From positions 13,561 through 77,560 of the forward strand of contig CAJQRK010000005.1 in assembly GCA_905612305.1 (NCBI GenBank): a DNA stretch of 64,000 bases, written 5' to 3'. Under the pieces are notes generated by a model. That model was not told where the DNA came from and did no database searches. It saw only the letters and a program-made list of their open reading frames with translations. This DNA comes from an uncultured Flavobacteriales bacterium. GTDB lineage: Bacteria; Bacteroidota; Bacteroidia; Flavobacteriales; BACL11. The translations under genes were made by a program, and so were the position numbers. Shown piece after piece: positions 10,257-19,031 of this stretch (position 1 is its first letter; each line of letters begins with the position of its first letter).

Positions 10257-10258
10257 TT

Positions 10259-11566
10259 TTAGTCAATTCTAGTAATTTGTGCGCCAATTGCGTTTAGTCG
10301 TTTGTCTATATTTTGATAACCTCTGTCAATTTGCTCTACATTATGTATTGTGCTTTCGCCATCAGCAGCAAGTGCAGCTAATAAAAGGGAAACCCCAGCT
10401 CTAATGTCAGGAGAAGTCATAGTAGTCGCCTTAAATTGGAATTGATGGTTGAGCCCAATTACGGTAGCTCTGTGTGGGTCGCATAAAATAATTTGCGCTC
10501 CCATGTCAATTAATTTATCTACAAAGAAAAGGCGGGATTCAAACATCTTTTGGTGGATAAGTACACTTCCTTTTGCTTGTGAGGCCACTACTAAAATAAT
10601 GCTTAATAAATCAGGAGTAAATCCTGGCCATGGCGCATCAGAAATGGTTAAAATAGATCCATCAATAAAGGATTGTATTTCATAACTTTCCTGAGATGGA
10701 ATATAAATATCATCTCCTTGTCGTTCCATTTTAATTCCTAATTTGGCAAAAACAGAAGGAATCAACCCTAAGTTTTCATAACTTACATTTTTAATTGTAA
10801 TTTCTGATTTTGTAATTGCCGCAAGCCCAATAAAGGACCCAATTTCTATCATGTCAGGAAGAACCCTGTGTTTACATCCATTTAAGGATTCAACTCCTTC
10901 AATGTGTAAAAGGTTAGAGCCTACTCCTGTAATTTTAGCCCCCATACTATTTAGCATTTTGCAGAGTTGTTGTAAATAAGGTTCGCAAGCTGCATTGTAA
11001 ATGCTTGTTTTCCCTTTTGCCATTACAGCTGTCATTATAATATTGGCAGTACCGGTTACAGATGCCTCTTCTAGGTGCATATCTACTCCTTTTAACTGAT
11101 CAGCAGTAACTCGATAAAACTCCTCTTTGCTATCATAAACAAACTTAGCGCCTAATTTTTCAAAACCAATAAAATGAGTATCTAATCTTCTTCTTCCTAT
11201 TTTATCTCCCCCTGGCTTTGGAATATATCCTTTTCCGTAACGGGCAAGTAAAGGGCCTACAATCATGATTGACCCCCTGATACGGCTACTTTTTACTTTA
11301 TAATCATCAGATGATAAGTAGTCAATATCAACATTGTCAGCTTTAAAGCCATAAGTACTTTCGTTAATCTGATTTACACTGACATTTAAGTCTCTTAAAA
11401 GGTCAATGAGGATATTTACATCACGAATTTTTGGTACATTTTCCATGAATACTTCCTCTGGCGTAAGTAAGACGGCACAAAGGACCTGTAGGGCTTCGTT
11501 TTTAGCTCCTTGCGGGTGTAAGTCTCCTTTTAATTTGAATCCTCCTTTTACCTTAAATGTAGCCAT
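10259..11566 (-). CDS. murA: UDP-N-acetylglucosamine 1-carboxyvinyltransferase
   Basis: GAKNEAL, PGGDKIGRR, SVTGT, PWPGFTPD, DIRAG and QIDRGY. Confidence 0.97.
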   Translation of the reverse strand: MATFKVKGGFKLKGDLHPQGAKNEALQVLCAVLLTPEEVFMENVPKIRDVNILIDLLRDLNVSVNQINESTYGFKADNVDIDYLSSDDYKVKSSRIRGSIMIVGPLLARYGKGYIPKPGGDKIGRRRLDTHFIGFEKLGAKFVYDSKEEFYRVTADQLKGVDMHLEEASVTGTANIIMTAVMAKGKTSIYNAACEPYLQQLCKMLNSMGAKITGVGSNLLHIEGVESLNGCKHRVLPDMIEIGSFIGLAAITKSEITIKNVSYENLGLIPSVFAKLGIKMERQGDDIYIPSQESYEIQSFIDGSILTISDAPWPGFTPDLLSIILVVASQAKGSVLIHQKMFESRLFFVDKLIDMGAQIILCDPHRATVIGLNHQFQFKATTMTSPDIRAGVSLLLAALAADGESTIHNVEQIDRGYQNIDKRLNAIGAQITRID

Positions 11567-12175
11567 TTAGTTTTTCTTTTTATAAGGTTTCTTTTTATAA
11601 GGTTTCTTTTTTGAATTTCCGCCATCTGGCCTTATGGATGCAGAACGAATAAACTCAAAATCATCTGCTAAAGTAAGTTGGCTGTTGGACATTTGCTTAA
11701 GGTGTAAACGTATCATATTATTGTCTACCGAACTTTCATTAAAAAGAATGTATGATTTCTTCATCTGATTGGCAATCATTCCTGTCAGGATTTCTTTTTT
11801 CTCATCTTCCATATTTATTGCAGTTGCAATCATGGTTTCAATGGTATGTCCATAATATGAGAATCGGATGTTATTCCCAGGATACGTCATCTTTTCAGGA
11901 CGCTCTTCTAGTTTTGCTTCCTCTGGTTTTGTATAAGGCGATTCAATATCCAATTTAAAATTGGACATAATATGTAAATGATCCCATAATTTATGAGTAA
12001 ATTCTTTTACATCTCTCAAGTGTGGATTCATTTGTCCCATAAATGCAATAATTGCATCTACACATTTTTGTTGATCGGCTTTATCGCCAAGAGTAGTGGC
12101 ATGGTTAATCATCTTTTGTACATGTCTTCCGTACTCAGGAATGATAAGTTGTTCGCGCTCAGTATTGTATTCCAT
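11567..12175 (-). CDS. DUF4290 family protein
   Basis: MEYNTER..LIIPEYGRHVQKM...HKLWDHL typical Bacteroidota protein upstream of murA; basic tail. Confidence 0.85.
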   Translation of the reverse strand: MEYNTEREQLIIPEYGRHVQKMINHATTLGDKADQQKCVDAIIAFMGQMNPHLRDVKEFTHKLWDHLHIMSNFKLDIESPYTKPEEAKLEERPEKMTYPGNNIRFSYYGHTIETMIATAINMEDEKKEILTGMIANQMKKSYILFNESSVDNNMIRLHLKQMSNSQLTLADDFEFIRSASIRPDGGNSKKKPYKKKPYKKKN

Positions 12176-12192
12176 TAAAATTTATTTAGTTG

Positions 12193-12200
12193 CAAAAGTA
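12193..12200 (-). promoter_or_regulatory. -7 promoter box (TACTTTTG) for DUF4290-murA
   Basis: TAnnTTTG upstream of the start. Confidence 0.6.
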
Positions 12201-12255
12201 GTAAAATACTAACAATATTTTATTAAAACAAGATATTTATAACTTAGATTAAATG

Positions 12256-14478
12256 TTAAAAACCGAAAGTAAGGCCTAATAAATAATTACGAGTAGCTTG
12301 TGGGTAGTATCCTGCCATATTGTATCCTCTTTCGTTATCCGGATTTACATAATGATTACTTCCCCTTGGATCCCAACCATCAGATATGAAACGGTAGACC
12401 CAACCATTGCTTACATACTCATTATTTAATAAATTATTGATTTGTAATGTTAATTTTGAAGTTTTAAATACTTTGCTATCACACTGATATGATAAACGTA
12501 AATTATTGACTAAATAACCTTCTAACATTCTATTTTCTGATGAAGTATTATCGATAAAGTGTTTGCCAATATATTTACTACTAAAGTCAATACTTGTATT
12601 ATTGCCTAATTTGTAATTGAATTGTGAAGCCCAGATTACATTAGGTGAAAATGCTAAGTCTGTATTTTCATAAGAAACCTCTTCAGTTCCCCAAGTATCC
12701 CAATTGTCAATATGTTCAATAAAAGGAGTAGTAATCTTGTTTTCACTCAAAGTCATGTTTGCCGCCCAAGTAAGTTTTCCCGTTAACTTATAGGTTCCCT
12801 CAATTTCAATTCCTTTTCGGAATGATTCAGTAACATTTACATGTGTTCTTTCTCCTACATCATTCAATTTCCCTGTCATTACCAACTGATTTTTGTAATT
12901 CATAAAATACAGATTAGCTCCAAATATTATTTTATTTCCAGTTTTTTTGTAGCCAATCTCTGTGTCATAAAGCGTTTCGTGTGTTGGGCGAGATTCAGGT
13001 GTGCTTTCTATGTAATCACTTCTGTTGGGCTCTTTATTAGCCACACCAAAAGAAGCATATAAAGATTGATTGTTGTTTAAAGCGTGGTAGAATCCAAATT
13101 TTGGATTAAAAAATGCTAAATTTATTTCTTGCTCAGCAGAACTCCCTTCTACGTCTAAGCCTTCAAAAATATAATCAATTCTTCTTCTTTGTAAATCAAC
13201 ATAAATATTAGTTGCATCACTATAAGCATAGTTAGCTTTTCCATAAATATTATGATCTAATTTTTCTGCTTTGTTCCAGTAATACTGATGATTGTAATCG
13301 GCATTGCTAGCATATTGAGCCCAAATTACATTTCCGTAATGCTGACCAGAATAACGGTTGATTGCTCCTCCAATGGTTAAATCAATACTCCCCATTTTAT
13401 GATTTAAGGAATAAATAAAACCACCAAAATCATTATTCAGCCATTTTCTTCTAATTAAATCAGTTGCACTAATTGTATCATTCGTTAATGTAATGTTGTT
13501 AATGCCATAATCTGTTAAATCTTCTCCTAATTTTTCTTGCTCGTAATAGCCTTCACCATGTGTGTAGTGCCAAGCAAGATTGAAATTAGTTTTATTTCTC
13601 ATTTGTTTGCTGTAATGCAATTGATAATGAGTTTGTCCGTAATTGTCAACCTCATTTTCATAAGTGTAAGAATTGAAAGTTCGATTACTATCTAAGTAAT
13701 TTAAAGGAACGCCATTCCATGCTTGGTAAGTGCGTTCGTGGCCTGAAAATACAATTCCTTTTAATACCGAATTAGCCCCAAAATAAGTTCCTTGCAAGTA
13801 CAAAGATTTTAGATTAGATGTTGCTCTATCTATATAGCCGTCAGAAGATATTTTTGATAAACGACCATCAAATACAAAGTTATCATTTAATAAGCCAGTG
13901 CCAAATTCGATATTATTTTTTAGAGTTGAAAAGCTGCCAACAGAATTATTTGTTATCGCGTATGCCTTTTTGTTTAGTCCATCTGTTTTTAAATTTACAG
14001 ATGCTCCAAATGCAGCAGCTCCATTTGTTGAGGTTCCTACTCCTCTTTGAATTTGGATATTTTCAATAGAGGATGAGAAATCAGGCATATTTACCCACCA
14101 AACACCTTGACTTTCTGAATCGTTCAATGGAATGCCGTTTACTGTTACATTAATCCGTGTTGGGTCAGCGCCTCTTATACGAAACCCTGTATAGCCCACT
14201 CCAGCTCCAGCATCAGAAGTAGTAACGACTGAAGGGGTGAGTGAAATTAAGTAAGGTAAATCTTGCCCAAGATTTCCTTTTTCAATTTCTGATTTACTTA
14301 TATTAGTAAAGGTCATTGGCGTTTTTTCATTTGCTCTTAGTGCATTTACATTTACCTCATCCAATACTTTTCGCAGTGAAATACTGTCGCTAGGCTGCTG
14401 AGCAAAGCCTATAAAAGGCAAAGCAAGCAGCACGGTCATAAAAGCTTCTGTGTTAAACATTTTTATTTTTGTTAACAT
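12256..14478 (-). CDS. TonB-dependent receptor, probable thiamine/vitamin B1-precursor transporter
   Basis: Plug TSDAGAGVGYTGFRIRG..RINVTVNGIPLNDSES, IQIQRGVGTSTNGA, C-terminal F; TPP-like riboswitch directly upstream. Confidence 0.88.
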   Translation of the reverse strand: MLTKIKMFNTEAFMTVLLALPFIGFAQQPSDSISLRKVLDEVNVNALRANEKTPMTFTNISKSEIEKGNLGQDLPYLISLTPSVVTTSDAGAGVGYTGFRIRGADPTRINVTVNGIPLNDSESQGVWWVNMPDFSSSIENIQIQRGVGTSTNGAAAFGASVNLKTDGLNKKAYAITNNSVGSFSTLKNNIEFGTGLLNDNFVFDGRLSKISSDGYIDRATSNLKSLYLQGTYFGANSVLKGIVFSGHERTYQAWNGVPLNYLDSNRTFNSYTYENEVDNYGQTHYQLHYSKQMRNKTNFNLAWHYTHGEGYYEQEKLGEDLTDYGINNITLTNDTISATDLIRRKWLNNDFGGFIYSLNHKMGSIDLTIGGAINRYSGQHYGNVIWAQYASNADYNHQYYWNKAEKLDHNIYGKANYAYSDATNIYVDLQRRRIDYIFEGLDVEGSSAEQEINLAFFNPKFGFYHALNNNQSLYASFGVANKEPNRSDYIESTPESRPTHETLYDTEIGYKKTGNKIIFGANLYFMNYKNQLVMTGKLNDVGERTHVNVTESFRKGIEIEGTYKLTGKLTWAANMTLSENKITTPFIEHIDNWDTWGTEEVSYENTDLAFSPNVIWASQFNYKLGNNTSIDFSSKYIGKHFIDNTSSENRMLEGYLVNNLRLSYQCDSKVFKTSKLTLQINNLLNNEYVSNGWVYRFISDGWDPRGSNHYVNPDNERGYNMAGYYPQATRNYLLGLTFGF

Positions 14479-14519
14479 TATCAGATAAGATGGGGTTTTA
14501 TCTGTTTTATTTAATGTTA
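14473..14519 (-). promoter_or_regulatory. Expression-platform hairpin sequestering the TBDR start codon
   Basis: taacatta (14473-80, contains the ATG) is complementary to taatgtta (14512-19); inner stem cagataa/ttatctg. Confidence 0.6.
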
Positions 14520-14593
14520 CTCATTTTCCTATTGTGAATTACCACATCAGGTTCAATGGGTGTGATCTCAGCCTTTCGGCACCCCTTTTAAGA
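14518..14593 (-). ncRNA. TPP (THI-box) riboswitch-like aptamer, variant
   Basis: Minus strand: GGGGUGCC-GAAA-GGCUGAGAUCACACCCAUUGAACCUGAUGUGGUAAUUCACAAUAGGAA; -7 box TATTTTTG at 14599-14606. Confidence 0.85.
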
Positions 14594-14616
14594 TTTAACA
14601 AAAATATAAATAGATT

Positions 14617-15114
14617 TTAGATAATAGATATAAGAGAAGATATTTTTAAGATAGAATTTTCCGTTCTATTTTCTCCCTCTACTATAAAATAATCATGGCC
14701 TAAATTTTCTAACTCCTGTTTGTAAATTTTAAAAAACTCCTGTCTATCATTTGGGTTTTCTCTTTGCTTGTCTGCCTGCCAAGGAATGTCAGGTTTGCAT
14801 AAAAGATAAAAGCGTTTTTCTATTTTTTGTTTTTCAATTTGGGTTAAAATCCATTTATCACAACCTCCGTATTTGTACTTACTCCAAATTTTAATTGTGA
14901 TTAAATCTGTGTCTAATAATTGAGAGCTGACTTCTGATTCTAATTGTCCTTGTGCAATGGATAGTAAATCATCTTTGATGTAACCTCTATCTAATGTATC
15001 AATATAGGCTCGAGCAAATTCTTTAGTAAATGGAATATTGAAATGCTTAGATAATGCTTTGCAAAGAGTAGTTTTTCCACTACTTTCAGGGCCAGTTATA
15101 ATTACTTTAAGCAT
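14617..15114 (-). CDS. NadR-like P-loop kinase (AAA_28, ribosylnicotinamide kinase domain only)
   Basis: ITGPESSGKTTL, EFARAY, DTD and PDIPWQAD..RE; no NMN adenylyltransferase domain. Confidence 0.85.
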   Translation of the reverse strand: MLKVIITGPESSGKTTLCKALSKHFNIPFTKEFARAYIDTLDRGYIKDDLLSIAQGQLESEVSSQLLDTDLITIKIWSKYKYGGCDKWILTQIEKQKIEKRFYLLCKPDIPWQADKQRENPNDRQEFFKIYKQELENLGHDYFIVEGENRTENSILKISSLISII

Positions 15115-15703
15115 CTATTTTTAGTCTCTTCATCCAAGAGAAATATCCGAAAATTGCAATAATGGCGTAGCTTATAAACAGTAAAGATGTAAGGTGAAGC
15201 CCCATATTAAAATAGAGGTATGATGCAACTGCATCAATCACAATCCAATAAAGCCAATTCCCTAATATTTTTTTTGCAATCATATATGTTGCAAATACAC
15301 TAAATATGGCATTGAAGGAATCAACAATAGGCATTTTAGCATTAGTATAAGTAGCAAAATAGAAGCCCATTAAAAAAGTTAATATTGTTCCTGTTACTAA
15401 AATAAAAAGATGTTTACTAATACTCCACTCGATAATTTGTAAAGATTGTTCTTTTTTGTTCCAATGATAATAGCCGTAAAAAGCCATAAATAAATAAAAT
15501 ATTTGCAAGCCAGTTTGCGAGTATAGTTGTGCGAAAAGACAAATATAAATATAAAGTGATGCGCTAATTACGCCAGCACCCCAACACCAAATATTTTCCT
15601 TTGCTGCCAGTATTATATATAGGATGGAAAAAAAAACTGCAACACACTCAATAATGCTACAATTGAGATTTAGGTTATTTAAGAAAAGAGCTATTTCACT
15701 CAT
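15107..15703 (-). CDS. pnuC: PnuC-family vitamin/nucleoside transporter
   Basis: AAKENIWCW, QIFY...YGYYHW, DS and NWLYWIVID Pnu motifs; seven TM helices. Confidence 0.9.
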   Translation of the reverse strand: MSEIALFLNNLNLNCSIIECVAVFFSILYIILAAKENIWCWGAGVISASLYIYICLFAQLYSQTGLQIFYLFMAFYGYYHWNKKEQSLQIIEWSISKHLFILVTGTILTFLMGFYFATYTNAKMPIVDSFNAIFSVFATYMIAKKILGNWLYWIVIDAVASYLYFNMGLHLTSLLFISYAIIAIFGYFSWMKRLKIDA

Positions 15704-15726
15704 AAATCATCTCTTTGTGAAAATAC

Positions 15727-16488
15727 TTAGCAATTATGTACTGCGGCAGCTATTTCTATAATCAGACTCTCATCTTTTTCAATAGCATTACCTACAACAA
15801 TAATATCAGCTCCTGCTTTGCAATTAGCAATTGCTTTTTTACCACTGCCAATCCCACCTCCAATAATTATTGGGCAGTCCACTGAGTTCCTAACGTTTGC
15901 TATCATTTCTACTGAAATTGGATTTTTAGCTCCACTTCCCCCATCCATAAAGATAAGCTTTAGCCCCAGCATTTCTCCAGCCATGGCGGTACAAGCTGCC
16001 ACTGCATTTTTATCAGCCGGGATTGGAATAGTGTTACTCATATAAGATGCAGTAGTAGGTTTTCCGCTATCAATCAGCATATATCCAGTAGGCAGTACTT
16101 CCAATGAGGATTGTTTTAGAATAGGGGCTGTAATTACTTGCTTTCCAATTAACATATCTGCATTTCTTCCAGAAATTAAGGATAGGAAAAGTATTCCATC
16201 TGCTTTGTTGTTTACTTGCATTGTATCTCCAGGAAATAATACTACAGGAATATCGCAATTGGATTTTATAGTAGAGATGCAAGAGTCTAAACTGTCATTG
16301 GTAAGTAAAGAGCCTCCTACAAAAAAGAAATCAGTGTGTGCTAATTTTGCTTTTTCAATAGTACTAATTAAAGTATTGGCATCTTGCTTATCTGGGTCAA
16401 CTAAAATAGCAAAAAGTTTCTTTCCAGCTTTTTTGCTTTCAATTATGTGATTGTAAATATTCATAATGTCATTTCTGTTTGCAAACAT
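15727..16488 (-). CDS. Geranylgeranylglyceryl-phosphate synthase family (PcrB-like, group II)
   Basis: LVDPDK, FVGGS, LFPG, LSLISGRN, PTGY, MDGGSGA, GGGI and GADIIVVGN; true start may be 16464. Confidence 0.92.
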   Translation of the reverse strand: MFANRNDIMNIYNHIIESKKAGKKLFAILVDPDKQDANTLISTIEKAKLAHTDFFFVGGSLLTNDSLDSCISTIKSNCDIPVVLFPGDTMQVNNKADGILFLSLISGRNADMLIGKQVITAPILKQSSLEVLPTGYMLIDSGKPTTASYMSNTIPIPADKNAVAACTAMAGEMLGLKLIFMDGGSGAKNPISVEMIANVRNSVDCPIIIGGGIGSGKKAIANCKAGADIIVVGNAIEKDESLIIEIAAAVHNC

Positions 16489-17056
16489 ACACTAAATAGT
16501 GATTATGTATTTTTTGATAATTCAAGATTAATTGGGTGTTTCTGAATTCAGCCGTAATTTCCCCTTTTTCCAAGCTTTTAAATGGATGAAGTTTTATGTC
16601 AGCAATAAAATCGACTTCTCCTTTTTGGTACCATTTAAAAACAGCCTCCTTGCAGCACCAAATAAGTGTTGCTTTTTCAGCCGTTAAGCCTTTCAAGTTA
16701 TTTGTTGAAACAAATTTTGAAGAAACTCTTAGTGCTTTTTCTGATATTTCTTCAATATCTATACCTACTTGTTGTTGGCTTATAATGATAGCGACTAATC
16801 CTTTGGAGTGAGAAATTGAGATATAGCCCCCATTATTTAATTCAGGAGCGCCAAATGCATTGTAAGAAATTGAATAGTTAGGATTAATTTCATTCAGCAA
16901 TAAACGGCTTGCCTCCCATTCTTTTTTTCGTTTTTCAGTATTGAAATTAGCTGTATTTATTGTGTTAGATAATTGCAGTAATTCTTCTAGGGTTTCTGTG
17001 ATTTTCCAAATAGCAATAATGCAGTTTTGTGTAGTTGTGTTGCAAATAACTCCCAT
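16469..17056 (-). CDS. 4'-phosphopantetheinyl transferase (Sfp/EntD-like)
   Basis: GAP, ISISHS, VGIDIE and WCCKEAVFK. Confidence 0.9.
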   Translation of the reverse strand: MGVICNTTTQNCIIAIWKITETLEELLQLSNTINTANFNTEKRKKEWEASRLLLNEINPNYSISYNAFGAPELNNGGYISISHSKGLVAIIISQQQVGIDIEEISEKALRVSSKFVSTNNLKGLTAEKATLIWCCKEAVFKWYQKGEVDFIADIKLHPFKSLEKGEITAEFRNTQLILNYQKIHNHYLVYVCKQK

Positions 17057-17093
17057 ATCTTAAATAATTGGGGGCTAAAATAATAATATTGGT

Positions 17094-17101
17094 TATCTTT
17101 G
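17094..17101 (+). promoter_or_regulatory. -7 promoter box (TATCTTTG) for ahcY
   Basis: Exact TAnnTTTG 20 nt before ATG 17122, supporting that start. Confidence 0.65.
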
Positions 17102-17121
17102 CAAACCTTAAAAAATTAAAA

Positions 17122-18429
17122 ATGGAAACGGAAACTATGAACTACAAAGTAAAAGATATCTCATTAGCAGAATGGGGAAGAAAAGAAATGACTTTGGCTG
17201 AGGCCGAAATGCCAGGATTAATGTCAATAAGAGAAGAGTTTGGTGATAGTAAACCGTTGGCTGGAGCTAGAATTGCAGGTTGTTTGCACATGACTATTCA
17301 GACTGCTGTATTAATTGAAACGTTAGTTCATTTAGGGGCTGAGGTTACTTGGTCGTCTTGTAATATATTTTCTACTCAGGATCAAGCGGCAGCTGCAATT
17401 GCAGTAAAAGGTGTTCCTGTCTTTGCCTGGAAAGGTTTAAGTGAAGAAGAATTTGATTGGTGTATTTTGCAAACCCTTACTGCATTTGAAGGTGGAAAAT
17501 CTTTGAATATGATCTTGGATGATGGTGGTGATTTAACCAATATGGTCTTTGATAGATTTCCGGAAATGGTTACTGATATTAAAGGGCTTTCAGAAGAAAC
17601 TACTACTGGAGTACACAGACTATATGAAAGAATGAAAAAAGGAACACTTTTAATGCCTGCTATTAATATTAACGATTCGGTTACCAAATCAAAATTTGAT
17701 AATAAATACGGCTGTAAAGAATCTTTAGTAGATGCTATCCGTAGAGCTACTGATGTGATGATGGCAGGAAAAGTTGCTATTGTTGCGGGTTACGGTGATG
17801 TAGGCAAGGGTTCTGCCGCTTCTTTAAGAGGCGCAGGCGCAAGAGTTGTCGTAACTGAAATTGATCCTATCTGTGCACTACAAGCTGCTATGGATGGTTT
17901 TGCAGTAAAAAGAATGGATGATGCGTGTAAAAATGCAGATATTATTGTAACAACTACAGGAAATAAAGACATTATTCAAGCGCGTCATTTTGAAACAATG
18001 AAAGACAAAACAATTGTGTGTAATATCGGTCATTTTGACAATGAAATTGATGTAACTTGGTTAAATGATAATTGGGGACATACTAAGGATACCGTAAAAC
18101 CTCAGGTTGACATATATACGATTGACGGTAAAGATATTATTCTGCTTGCAGAAGGTAGATTGGTAAATTTAGGTTGTGCAACTGGGCATCCTTCTTTTGT
18201 GATGTCAAATTCTTTTACTAACCAAGTATTGGCACAATTAGAATTGTGGAATAATACTAATAATTATAAAAATGAAGTTTATATGTTGCCTAAGCATTTA
18301 GATGAAAAAGTTGCTAGATTGCATCTTGCAAAAATTGGTGTTGAGTTAGAAACTTTACGTTCTGATCAAGCGGAATATATTGGAGTAAAAGTAGGAGGTC
18401 CTTACAAGCCAGAATACTATAGATACTAA
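17122..18429 (+). CDS. ahcY: Adenosylhomocysteinase
   Basis: [43 protein letters not shown] and GHPSFVMS; start moved from the TTG at 17068 to ATG 17122. Confidence 0.98.
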   Translation: METETMNYKVKDISLAEWGRKEMTLAEAEMPGLMSIREEFGDSKPLAGARIAGCLHMTIQTAVLIETLVHLGAEVTWSSCNIFSTQDQAAAAIAVKGVPVFAWKGLSEEEFDWCILQTLTAFEGGKSLNMILDDGGDLTNMVFDRFPEMVTDIKGLSEETTTGVHRLYERMKKGTLLMPAININDSVTKSKFDNKYGCKESLVDAIRRATDVMMAGKVAIVAGYGDVGKGSAASLRGAGARVVVTEIDPICALQAAMDGFAVKRMDDACKNADIIVTTTGNKDIIQARHFETMKDKTIVCNIGHFDNEIDVTWLNDNWGHTKDTVKPQVDIYTIDGKDIILLAEGRLVNLGCATGHPSFVMSNSFTNQVLAQLELWNNTNNYKNEVYMLPKHLDEKVARLHLAKIGVELETLRSDQAEYIGVKVGGPYKPEYYRY

Positions 18430-18490
18430 TTTTAGATATTTAGTGTTTATATAAAATGGCAGAGTCTAAAGCCCTGGCAATTGAACTTTT

Positions 18491-18919
18491 TTAATTATAA
18501 ATATGCATTTGACTTCCCTGCAAGCTCGAATGATACTGCTTAAGAGGAAGTAAGGCAGGAGCATTTGCGGCAGCACCATCTTGTTCTAGTAAAAACGCAG
18601 AAGTGCAACAGCCACAATAAGCAATTCCTGCATTAACAGAATCAATATGTGAACAAGCTAGTGAAGGCTCGTAACTACAATTTCTATCATATACTTTATA
18701 GTCGTCTCCCACCCCGTGATAAATGATGATTCCTTCAACTCCTTCTTCATTTAATAGAGGTACATCAAAAATGGAGTTGCCGGAAACTTGCAAATCGCTA
18801 TATTCTGGCAAGCTCAAATCTATAAGAATATTTACATAAACCTCTTCAATGTAATTGTCTTTTGAATTACAACTTGCAATTAATAGGCTAATACTAAAGA
18901 TGTAAATACTTGATTTCAT
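18491..18919 (-). CDS. Lipoprotein with Rieske-like fold but Cys-only motifs
   Basis: Lipobox LIAS-C from ATG 18919; GIIIY, DRNCSY, CGCC.S.F and PA..PLKQY resemble the Rieske layout. Confidence 0.65.
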   Translation of the reverse strand: MKSSIYIFSISLLIASCNSKDNYIEEVYVNILIDLSLPEYSDLQVSGNSIFDVPLLNEEGVEGIIIYHGVGDDYKVYDRNCSYEPSLACSHIDSVNAGIAYCGCCTSAFLLEQDGAAANAPALLPLKQYHSSLQGSQMHIYN

Positions 18920-19031
18920 GATTGCAATTTTACAAAAAAGAAATGGATTTATCATTCCTCGAGGTATGAAAATATTTATATCTTTACGACCTTCTAAAAT
19001 CAGAATTTACATTTAAACGAAACAGTATACC

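Noticed and set aside
11572-11612. 15-bp repeat at the end of DUF4290 (KKKPY x2)
   Set aside because: Low-complexity basic tail typical of the family.
16469-17056. Secondary-metabolite (NRPS/PKS) cluster implied by the Sfp-type PPTase
   Set aside because: No carrier-protein or synthase genes in the window; most likely the housekeeping ACP activator.
17057-17121. SAH/SAM riboswitch upstream of ahcY
   Set aside because: Only 65 bp of AT-rich divergent promoter, with no aptamer consensus.
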